The notes under the pieces were generated by a model. That model made no database searches and was not told the DNA's origin. It saw only the letters and a list, made by a program, of their open reading frames with translations. Of a DNA stretch of 64,000 nucleotides, positions 1 to 10,631 are shown piece after piece. The stretch is taken from assembly GCA_036172245.1 (NCBI GenBank), contig JAYWIR010000043.1:868001-932000 (forward strand), written 5' to 3'. This DNA is from Raillietiella orientalis (Eukaryota). The position numbers and the translations under genes are program-made. Each line of letters opens with the position of its first letter. The first letter of the stretch is position 1.

Positions 1-3000
1 ACAGGGCCACCATAGAGGCAAGGGCTGGACGGCGCCAGTAGGTCTGAATGCCTCCATCCTCGGAGAACGAGGAGCGAGAGTCCCTGCTGTCTCCTGCTCG
101 AGCATGGAGAAACGGGAAGAGCAGCACGTTGAGGACAGAAGATCCCGAATTTCGGCTGAAGCTGGAGGAACGCCCAGAAAGGACCAAACCGGAAGAGCCA
201 CCTCCTCCTTTTCTGCCCTTCCTCCTCTGCCTCCCTTTTCGCACTCCCTTCATCCCGATCGGGACTTTCAGGACTTGACATCTACCAGTCCGCTGCTCCT
301 TCCTCCCCCTCGCAGTCTCTCCTGCATGACCGGAAGCCGACGGGGGGACAGACATTCTTCTTCTCTGTGGCTCGCTGCCCTCGCTCCAGGCACCGCGAGC
401 ATCCCCGCTTCCTCCCCTTTTCGCTGTGGCGCTGTCTGGAGTCACCTGCAGGAGAAGCTTTCCCCAGCTGCCCCTCATGGCAAGTAGCATTCCTCTTGTG
501 ATCCGGGAGGCATGCCTGAGGCGGCGACGACCCGCAGCCTCGTGGCACTGCCGAGTGGGTACCGATGCTCCGCATCTCCTGCTCCTACTCCATCGCGGTA
601 CCCTGCCTCCAGAGCCACCTTGCATCTGAAGCTACGGCAGGAGCGACATCTTCCGGTCTTTCCCTACCCTCCTCGAGAGGTTTTTGGCTCCCGGAGTCTT
701 GGGGGAGGCGAGAGAGGGAGAGATGTGTGGCGCTGGAAGCTGCTGGCGCTCCGTGACCACGCGAAGCTGTCCCTTCTTGCGCAGAGCATCTTCAGCGATG
801 AGTGTCCTATCCGTCTCCTCCCTTTCGCCTCCCACAATTCCTCCATCATTCGTTCCTGAGTGGAGGCTTTCGGTCTGGAGCTTGGCGGCCTTCCCTATTG
901 CGTTCGATGCGCTTTCAGTGAGAATGCCTCCCGATCCCCCCATCCTGCCGAGCGCAGAGGGAGACGCTGATCAGGTTGCAAGGGGCGGGGTCTCCACCTC
1001 CACGTGCTAAGAGACCCCCTCCTCCTTACGTTTCCGTGGGAAGCGGGGTGGGAAGAAAGAGCACGAGAAAGAATCTCGTCCCGTTCGCTTGGCAACCCTG
1101 AAAGACACCTTCCCTTGCCTAGGAAATACGCGAACGCAGGGCGTCCCCGTCGCCAAGAAACCGGAACGTTTGAAAGGATGGAGACAATGCGATGTTTTTT
1201 TTTTCCTTTTTTTTTTTCTTTCCTTCCTGCGCTCTTCCGGCTCGGGGAGGGAGGGGGGGGGGGAAGAGAGAGCACTCGGAACCCGCATCACCTATTCCGG
1301 TTTCCCGCACGCCTGCTGAAGAGTCTCGGGAGACCCGGAGCGGATGAGGAGGAAGAAAAGGGTCAGGAGTGGGGAGAGCGAGGGAGGGAAGGTGCAGGCG
1401 GCGGGATGCCGGGGTCCACCGGAGTCTCGAGCGCGCTGACGCTGGAGACGGCTGCTCTGAGAGCGAGTCGTGCTCCGGGCAACGATCCCAACCCTCTTCC
1501 CTGACCCTGATCTCGAGGCGGCGGCGGAGGAGGACGAGGACGATGTTTTCTTTGCTTCCGTGGCCCAAAAGAGCCCCTGACTGCTGGATGGGTTCAGAAC
1601 GACGGTCCTTCCTCCCCCTCTTCCTTTTGAAGGAGACTGTCGAGTGGCGGTGTGCTCCGGGAGGAGGAGGTGGGGTGAAATAGGTCAGTCGACGAGTCGC
1701 AGCGACGAAAGGACTCGAACCCGGTCGCGCCGGGACGTTTATTAGGAAGGGGGGAACGAACAAACCACAAGTAGGAGGGGAAGAAGGGAATTCCCTCAAA
1801 AAAAAAAACAAGAAATGCCAAAGAAAAAGAAGTTCCTAAGGGTGACCGCCGGCACGCAGGCTAACCTAGAAGAAGCAGGGGACGGAGGAAGGGGACAATA
1901 AACAAATAAATAAAAAGACGGGAGTGCAGGCACAGGGGTCTTTGGCATGAGACGTTCCTTGTCTTCCAGAAGTGGCTGTGGATGGTGGCGATGTCCCCGG
2001 AGACTCCTTTTGGACCGCTGAAGCCACTTCGCTGCTGCCCTCATGAGGGTTGCTGCTGCTGCCATGCTGGTAGCCTCTCTTCACCGCGCACTGGACTCCA
2101 ACACGTCGCGGACTGTCACCACGGAGCGGACGCAGCATCCCGTTGCTATAGCGGCGCCCTTCCTCAGTCCTCTTTCTGTGAAGAAGGGCCGCAGCAAATT
2201 CGATGCGGAAGGCGGGTCCTGCGGTCGACGGAGCGAGGAAGGGAGAAACCTCCGCGACAAGTCCTCGAGGTCACAGCAATCCATCAGGAGGTGCAGGAGC
2301 GATTCCATCGCCCCCGCGCTAGGAACAGCTCGGGGAGGCGCGCCCCAACCGGCTGACGACGAAAGGGGAGCTCCACTCGTTCCTTCACGGCTTCCTGAAA
2401 TTCCAGGGTCAGGCAAGCAGGGATGCGCGCTTGCACGGCCCTCGGGGACGCGGCCTCCCGTTCTTTGAGTTGGCGTTCCTCCTCTTGAGTTTCTCCTCCT
2501 GGAGCGCTGGTCGGGGACCGGAGCGAAGGAAGGGCCCCAGCCCTTTGTACCCGAAAATGGGGAAGGAAAAAAAGGGAGCCTGAGAAAGAAAGGAGAGGGA
2601 TGACGAGTACGGCGAGTGACTACCTGGGGGTTCACCGGGAGCGTTTGAGAATGCCTTTCGTGTCCCGGCAGCCGACATCGCACATTTCGTCGCCGATCGG
2701 GGGACAGCCGGATGCGAAGGGGGGAGGGGGAAGTCCTGGTTTTCGGGAGCGGGAAGTGCTTTTCACCCGTTTCCCCGGTCAGCACCACGGGAAGAGAAAG
2801 GAGAGGCGTGCGAGAGACACCAAAAGGCTCTAAAGGGAGGGGCCGGGGTGACCAGAGGGGCGGCATGCAGCGGAAAATAGGGGAGACTTCCGGTCAGCTA
2901 CGAGAACCAGCAGTGTCTTGCCCTGGTCGCTCTGAAGGTCTTTGTCTGGGAGACGAGAGCAAGGGAGGGGGAAGGTGTCTCGCGAGATCGCGCTCGCGAA

Positions 3001-3379
3001 GCAGGTTTCCCCGGAGACGGGGTGCTGAAGGAGAGGAGGAAGGGGAGGGAGAGGGCCTAGACCCCCTGGATACCGAGCGCGAACGCGCAAGTGGCCGAAG
3101 AGACCCAATCGAGACGCGGGACCCCCATGTAGCAGGAAGGTCGATCGGTGGCTGCGCGCTTCCTCGTCCCGGGAGAGTTGTCTTCGCTTCCGTGGCCTTC
3201 CTGGCAACGGCACTCTCCAGCGTGGGGAGGGGGTGCGTGCGGCGGAGACCAAGGAGAAGGAGGAGGGGCGGAACGCAAAGGGAAGTGGAACAGAAAGGAG
3301 GGGGATCATTGCCCGCTGCTGGCGCTGCAGTTCGGATGGTGATGATGACGATGACGATAGCGACGGCACGTTTGCGCTT

Positions 3380-3780
3380 TCGCGCTACGCGACCTTTCGC
3401 GCGTCCGCTTGACCGGATGGAAAGGAATGGAGAGAGAGGACTAGCCCTAGGGCATGCTGAGCAGAGAGCGCAGCCCTCGGCGGAGAGGAGGACGCGTCCG
3501 AAGACGGTGCTGGAGAGTCCCCAGCAACTTCTTCCGCGTGAGGCGTACCTGAGAGTGAGGGAGGAGGGGGAGGAGAGGAGCCTGACGCGAGCGCCGTGGT
3601 ATCCTTCCGAGACGAGACCTCAGGCTGAACGGGCATCGGGCGCCAAAGTCACCGCCGCTGTCAAGGCTCTCTCTCTCCAGCCGGAACTGTCGCGGGCATC
3701 GGCGGCTCTTCCAGAAGTCACCCAGTCCGCGACGAGATCTCGCTCAAGGCTGCATCCCCTGGAGTCCCCGGGGAACCGGT
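3380..3780 (+). mobile_element. Decayed DIRS-type methyltransferase-domain fragment
   Basis: VLESPQQLLPREAYLRVREEGEERSLTRAPWYPSE (~YAFPP..LL..VL.KVR.E...L.AP.WP). Confidence 0.4.
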
Positions 3781-4029
3781 TGTGCTCCTCCCCCTCTTCC
3801 TGACGCCACCGCGGTCTCAGCAGGGCGTTCGTAGCTCCTTCTTCCTTCCCTCCGTGCGTCCGCCCGCTGCGACAGCCTGTTCCAGGGAAGCGAGAAGAGT
3901 TCCGAGTCGCATTCCCTGCGGACGTTGCAGGAGCTCCTCAAGATCTCTCTTTCAGAAAGCTCCTGTCGCGGCTGCTTCCCCGCGAAGCGGTCCTGTGCCA
4001 CTCCTCTTCCTCCCTCCCTCCATCACCAC

Positions 4030-4033
<4 letters not shown>

Positions 4034-4073
<40 letters not shown>
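4034..4073. repeat. (CT)n microsatellite
   Basis: Perfect CT run of ~20 units. Confidence 0.95.
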
Positions 4074-4077
<4 letters not shown>

Positions 4078-6027
4078 CTCCTCTTCCTCCTCCCTCTTCC
4101 GAGAACGAGGTGTCGCTTTTGTCTTTTGCCCACTCGAAAGGGTCCAGGCGGCTGCAGCTTCCTCGATCCGGTCTGGTTCTATCTCCCCCCTCCAGATCTT
4201 CTGCTTGCATCGTGGAGTGGCTGGCCGCGACATTTTTCTTTCCCTTTGCGGTCGTTTCCATTGGCCACTGCCGAGCGTCACCGCTTGCGAGTCCGATCCG
4301 AGCGAGGTCGACCCTCTCCCCTTCTCCTCGGATCTTCCTCCCGTTCCTCGGACATGTCCCTCCCCGCTTCCCTGCCCCCTGCCGCCTCCCCGTCGTCGCC
4401 TTCGTTCTCTCCGCGCGCTCTCCTTCTTCCTGGATCGGTCGCTCTCGGTCAGCGCCGCGCGCTTCGGAGGCGAACGCAGAGGTCCCGTTTCTCTTCAAGG
4501 ACCCCGGAGAACGCGCGTGCACGCCGCCGCCGACCTGCCGCCGGAACGCCGCCGCGCGCTCCTCCAGCTGCCGGGGAGAGAGAGGACCCCGCGTGCACCT
4601 CTGGCGGGAACGAGGACAGAAGAGGGCCGCCGCTCTCTCAGACCGCGGGGGAGGCCCCGGTTCTCTCTCAGAACGTCCGGCACCCGGCCACCGCCCGCCC
4701 TTCCTCCTCCCCCTCTTCTTCCCACGGAAATCTTCCGATCCGTCTCGCCGCGAAACTGCCGGCGCGCGCGGAGAGAGAAAGTGAAGTCCAGGGAATCGAT
4801 TTTTTCCAGATCGTTCTCGTTCGGCAAGTCCGCGGCGACGGAGAATCGGTCCACTGAGCACACGCAAGGTCTTCCATCGGTCAGCGGCAGCTGTTCCGCA
4901 TAGCCGGAAGAGACCTTAGACGGAAGTGGGCTCCAGGCAGCTCCATGGACAGTGGGGAATTTTTTTTCCCCCTTTTTTTCTTTTTTTTCTGGAGAAGGGG
5001 GGGGGGGAGGGGGAGGTTTCCAAACCTCATTCGATCGGGATGGCCGCTCTCTGCCCTCAGCCCTGGGAGGCACCCCAGGACCACACCCTTCCTCGTGCTA
5101 TCGCGGTACGCGCGCGCGCGGAGGGCGAGGCGTTGGCGGAAGGGAGGGAGGAGGAACGCGCGGAGGAAGTTTCCCCCGGCCTCACGCATTCCACGCGCGA
5201 GCGCTAGCGATGCAGACGCCCGCTCTCCTCTCCTCCGCGTCTGAAAGGATGCTGCGCGCACAGCATACGCAATGCACACCACACGCGCGCGCAGAGCCAG
5301 TTTGAGCGCCACCGTCCTGACTGTTCTCGCTGCGCCACGGCCGACCCCCTCCCTCCCTTTCCTCGTTCCAGGGACTTTGACGGGAGCGCGCGGTCCCCAG
5401 TTCCACCCGGAGAACCCGAGTCTGCGGAAGGAACGACGGCCCCCTGCCCTTGCAGACACTTTCCGGACGAGAACGCCCGAAAACTCGATCTCGTCCGGAA
5501 TCGGAAAAAGAAGAAGGGGAGGAAAGGCAGGAGAGGACCCCTTCCAGAGAGGGTCGAGGAGTGTCTTGGATCGATCGGACTGTCCTTCTGTTGTGAGGAG
5601 GGGGGCGCTCGTCGCTGGCCTCTCTCGGCGGCGGCGCGCGAGAGGTCAGCGACTTCCGGGCGCCGCTGACCTCTTCCCCCCCGCCTTCCTGAAAGCAAGC
5701 AAGAGGATCCCCCACACGTTGAGCGGGCCGGCCCTCTTTGGGGCGCTTGCCAGCGGAACAACGGCCAGGCGTTTCGTCCGCATCCAGCGAGGGAGGCGGC
5801 GTCGCCGTGAGATTTATGCCCCAGCGGATGGCGCGGGACCGAATGCCACGTCGCGATGGCAACTCGCTCGGCATCGGGCGCGCGCGGGGCGCTGCTGCGG
5901 AAAATGAAGACGTGAAGGAGGCAGGCGCGCGCGCGCGCGCGCGCGAGCGTTCCTCCGTGCAAGAGCGGGCCGAGGCGGCCAATAAAATGTGACAAATTGG
6001 ACGTGCTATGGGCGGCCTCCTCCGAGA

Positions 6028-6230
6028 GCGCCAGTGGCACAGTGTGCAACAGTTAGGCGCGAGACGGATGCGATTGATGACGCGTCAGGTTCGGAGCCCC
6101 GCTATGGGTCACAAACACAACAGGTGCGGGCCGAACGGGATGGGGAGGCATGAGAGCGGACGGCGAGGCAGAGCTGGACCACCTCACGGTATCTAAGGCG
6201 CGCCAAGTTGTGCAGCCCTTTAATCGAATT
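6028..6230 (+). mobile_element. Possible degenerate tRNA-derived SINE
   Basis: A-box-like TGGCACAGTGT (6035-6045) and B-box-like GGTTCGGAGCC (6088-6098); no cloverleaf. Confidence 0.25.
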
Positions 6231-6479
6231 CGACTACAAATACGCACCCTCGGGTTGTACGTACCGCGGTGCGCAATGTTCGTTCGGATTCACCGCATGT
6301 ATTTAAAATAGGAGGCCAAGTGACCTCAGGGTCACGTGGGCGGTCTTGAGCACGTGTTGCGGGAATGCTGGGAAACGCTCCGGGAAGTGAAGGAAAATGA
6401 GCGAGCGAGCGAGCTAGAACCGGGCGCGAGAGTTTGCCTTCCGGGATCGCGGGGAGGAAAGATCCGGGAGAGAAAAAGT

Positions 6480-7076
6480 GTGCATCCTGGGAGCAGGAGC
6501 TGATCCTTCCTGGAGAAGCGCCGGTTTGCCTAGCGAGGCTGAGGGGGGACGCGAGCAAGGGTGACGTCCCAAAGCGGTCCTTGGGGCAGGACTCCCGTGT
6601 CCTTGAGGCCGAACGCACGCGTCCGGATGCTGGAGTGCCCGCGGTGGTGGCACTGGCTGAATCCCGGAAGAAAAGTCTCTCGCGTCGACCGCCACGCTGC
6701 CTCTCGGCGCTGGGCGGAAACTCGTTCGGCCGGTCCGTCGAGACAGGCAGACAGTTCCCCTCCCCCCTCCTCCTCCTCCTTCATGGAGTGGCTGCAAGGA
6801 CGCGGCTAAAGGCTGCATGCTTCGTCCGGCTCCGCAGGGAAGAGCGTGGATCCCGAACGCGGATCTCAGGAAGGGACGCGCGCGCGCACAACTTCTTGCC
6901 ACGCCACTGCAGCCCGTCGGTCGTCGGTCGGTCGCGCGCGCCGTGCGCCTCCCCTCGCTGGGGAACGCTCCGTTGGGCGTTGGAACGGCCAGACGTGGCC
7001 GGGGGGGAGGGGGGGAAGAGAAAAGTTGGCGTTCGTCGTCTCTTCGCTTTCGGGCGGGGCGCGAAGATCCTTCGAG

Positions 7077-7107
<31 letters not shown>

Positions 7108-7560
7108 ACGGCCGGCTGCTGCGCGGAGAAGTGGCGGTCGGCGCGCGCGAGAGCACGTGCTGCCTCCCGCCGACTGGACCAGCCGCACCGTTAGGATCCG
7201 TCGCTCGAAATGCAGACGCCGCCGCCGCTCTTTTTTGAAAGTGGCGGGGAGCATCTTCGGCAGGAACGCGGTCTCCAAGCCCGCTTTTCGGTTTGCCCCC
7301 CGTCACCAGCACCTCGGCGGACAGTTGACCCGTGCGCAAGAGAAGAACTCTTTTTCGCACGCGGGAGTACCTTCCGTCCGCCCGCCCGCGTGCAGGGAAG
7401 GCTCGTGCGCGCTCCTCCGCGCGGGGACCGAGCACCTGCTGCACCCAGCAGGAGGGCTGGCGGTGGTCAGCGATCTCCTGGAGTCGTCGGGCATCGCGAC
7501 TCGCTCCCTCCCAGGGAGCGAACCTGCACGCCCGGCTCGCGCGCGCTCGAGATCCGATGC
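6480..7560 (+). mobile_element. Decayed DIRS-type RNaseH (6480-6760) and RT (7230-7560) fragments, probably separate copies
   Basis: RNaseH-like: LARLRGDASKGD..VPAVVALAE (~L.TDAS.GW..AV.LAL). RT-like: FLKVAGSIFGRNAVSKPAFRFAPR (~F..G..YQF.ALPFGL..APR) and VVSDLLESSGIATRSLPGSEP. Confidence 0.4.
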
Positions 7561-9743
7561 AGGGGAGCGGGAGGATGTGACCTCTACCTTGCCCCGTCCG
7601 GCGGCGCTCGGAAGGATCTCCCGAACAGCTGCCTCGCTCCGCGGGGACCGAACGCGGAAGTAGCGGCGGCAGTCGGCGGGAACGCGGGGCGGCGCGCTTC
7701 CCCCGCACGAGACGCCCGAGGATGAGGCGAGGCAGGCGAGAGCAGGACCGCGGTCCCCACCCCGCCCCCCTCCGGGTTTCCCTTTCCCCGTGGGAAGAGG
7801 GGACGCCCCGCGCGACGTCCATTCTGCTTCGCTCCCTCTCGCTCTCCACGCTGGACGAGCGACCACGAAACTTTTCGCTTTCGGTTCTTCGGCGCGCGCG
7901 CCCTTTCCCGTAGCCTTCGTCTGCGCAGGCGCGCGCAGCGGAGAGGCAGAGAGGGAAAGGGAAGGGAGGGGAGGGGAGGAGGGGGCAATAGGGGGGAGGG
8001 AAGGGGGGGGGCAGGAGAAGACGTTCGGGAGAAGAGGTCCAGCTCCCGGGAAGACCGGGAGGAAAGCTGCGGACCGGGAAGAATGGGCCCCGAGAGCGGG
8101 GGAGGCCGCATGGAAATCACCTTTGTCGTTGGTCCTTCCTGCCCGGCTGCCCTTTCGAGACGACAGGCAGCAGTCGGGAGTTTAACGACTTTTCGAAGAC
8201 GAATCAGAGACAACTCTTTAAGGAGATCAGGAAGGCAGATAGGCGTGGTCGCGCAGCCGGAAGTCCAGATGGAAATCTGGGGGGAGGGCTGCATTTCCGA
8301 GTATCGGCCGCCTGCCAGTAAGGAAAGAAAATCTCCCGGCGCGCGCGCCCGAGATCCGGGAAAAGCAAAGTGCACTTCCGCTGTTTCGCTTCGCGTGATG
8401 ACCTCCCACCCCGGCGAGAAAGTCCCGCCTTCCGCGGCGGGGAGGAAGAAACCCCTGGATCCCCAGGTCACGTCCGCGCCGTCCTAGGGCTGAAAGGGAG
8501 AGGGGGAGCGGAAAGGGAGATCCGGACTCCCGGGCGAAGGAGGAGGCGGAGGGGAGAACAGGGGCGCGGGGACCGCGCGCAGCTGGGAAGCCGCGCGCTT
8601 CCAGTGGGGGACTCTCATCGGAAAACTTTCAGGCGCCGGCGGTGTTATCTCGTGGTGACTTCCGCTTCCTGCGTCACAGATAGGTTCTGCTTGGAATGGC
8701 GCCGGAAGCGATCCCAAGGCTACTTCCAGTAATGGAGATGCAAACGGGAGCAGATATACAGCGCTGCCGCCGCTCCGCGAGCAGCCCGGCCGGCCGCACC
8801 TGTCGCCTGCATCTGTCTCTCCGCGGAGCGCCTCCCGGCCCGCTGTTTGCCGAGCCCGCCGTCACCTGCAGCCGCGACCGGCGGGGGAGAGGGGCCCGAA
8901 GCGGGGCGGACAAACAGGAGGAGGAGCGCGGCCTCCCCTCCGGGCGAGGGGGGGAGGGGCGGTCAAGCGCACCTCGCGCTCCGGGTCGACAGAGAGAGAG
9001 AGAGAGGGATCGGGCCGAGCCGGCTCCCGGGCAACCCCTTCCCTCCCTCGCCCGGGAGGAGGGGGGCGGGCGGCAAGGCAGGCAAGGGGGGAGGGGAAGG
9101 AAAGGGCAAGGCGAGGAGGAGGGAGGGGGGCTCGACCGCGCGTCGCGCGCGCCGAAACGCCTAACCTCCTCGCCGCAGCCGCCGCCGCCGCCGCCGGAGC
9201 CTCTCTTCTCGCTGGCCACATCCTACGAACGCTTACGTATCGCTCTGACCTACTTTCCCGCCGCTTTCTTCTCACTTTCTTTTCCAGCCACCGCTCTCCC
9301 GCTCTTTTTCGGCTCCCCTCTCCCGCTCTTCGGTCTCCTTTTTTTTTTTTATTATTATTATTATTATTTTCCTTTTCTTTTCTCCCTCTCTCTCTCTCTC
9401 TCTCTCCCCTCCTCTCTCCCTCTCTCCCTCTCTTTCTCTCTGGCTTCCCCCCCCCCTTTCTCCCGTAAATTTCGCATTAATAATTACTCTAATTCTCTTT
9501 AACTTGTTTTTAGGTCACGTGCTCGTCGTCGTCTCGCCGCCGCCTCTTGGAAAGTGAAATTTTCAAGTTTGACTTTCTCTACCGAGGGCTGGAAAAGGAA
9601 AAAAGAAAAAGAAGGAAAAGAAAAAAGGAAAAAAAAAAAAATAACAATAATGGAGGAGGAAAAAGAAAAGAAAGAAAGAAAAAAAAAAATAAAAGGTCCC
9701 TCGGATCAGCAGATACGGGCGGCTCTCACTTTCTTTTATTCAC

Positions 9744-10513
9744 CTTGACAAATGGCACGACTTTTCATTTCGTGATTCCGCGCGTCCGTTGTGTAACCCG
9801 AAGTCCGTCTCGTGTGCCGCCGTGGACGGGAAGTAGGGCAGAGGCAGGCGGGCCGCTCCTCCGGGCCCCGCGCCAGCCCGCAGCCTCCGCCACGCACGCC
9901 CGCCGAGGCGCTCCGCTCTCGGCCTCGCTTGCTGGGGCGCGCGAGAGGGCAGCCGCACGGGCCGCGGCGGCGAGTGGCCCCGCGCTCGTCTTCCCTCCCC
10001 TCCCGCCGTGGGGGAGGCGGAGGGGCCCGAGCGAGCGACGACGTGGCCAGGATGAGCGTGCCGGAAGGAACAGGGCCTCTGTGGCTGCCCGGCTGCTGCC
10101 CCCGGAGACGGGCACGGGGACGCCAAGCCGCCGCGGGTGGTGGTGGGGACCGGCGCGAGAGGGGCGGCGGCGGTGAAGGGTCGCGAAGCGTCTCCGCCAC
10201 CCGCCGGCACTTCTCGGGGGGGAGCATCTGTGGGGTTCCGCGGCGGCGGAGCGCGCCGGGCTCTCCCCCCCTCCTGCTGCTGCCGCTCGCGTGGGGGGAG
10301 GCACGGGCGCGAGAGGGGGGAAAAGGAAGAAGAAGAAGAAGAAGGAAAAAAAAAAAAAGTGTATCAAGGCTGTGGAAAGGCGCGCGGGTACGCCGCTCCA
10401 TCCGCGGCGGGAGAGAATTCCGCCCGTGGTGCGCGCGGGCGCGCTCAAATTTTCACTTTCGTTTTCGACCAGAGCGAGGGAGAGGAAGGCGGGAGAGGAG
10501 CCGAAGAATTTCC

Positions 10514-10545
<32 letters not shown>

Positions 10546-10631
10546 TCCGGCACGGCGCGCAACTGGAGCAGCAGCAGCAGCCGACTGGTAAACAAACAGT
10601 GCGCTTTCCAGGCCAAGGTAGCGCGCTGACT
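9744..10631 (-). other. Probable first exon (long 5'UTR plus ATG, MKSRAICQ) of an unidentified gene running off the left edge
   Basis: Inr-like TTCCAGTC at 10635-10628 is followed by a long leader, then GAAATGAAAAGTCGTGCCATTTGTCAAG|GTGAAT: ATG at 9768 with A at -3 and a good donor at 9743. No downstream exon was recognised in 1-9743. Confidence 0.4.
10514..10580. repeat. (CAG)n/(CTG)n trinucleotide tracts in the putative 5' leader
   Basis: gcagcagcag... runs at ~10514-10545 and ~10567-10580. Confidence 0.9.

Noticed and set aside
6028..6110. tRNA gene
   Set aside because: It has A/B-box-like motifs but no acceptor, anticodon or T stems; at most a SINE head.
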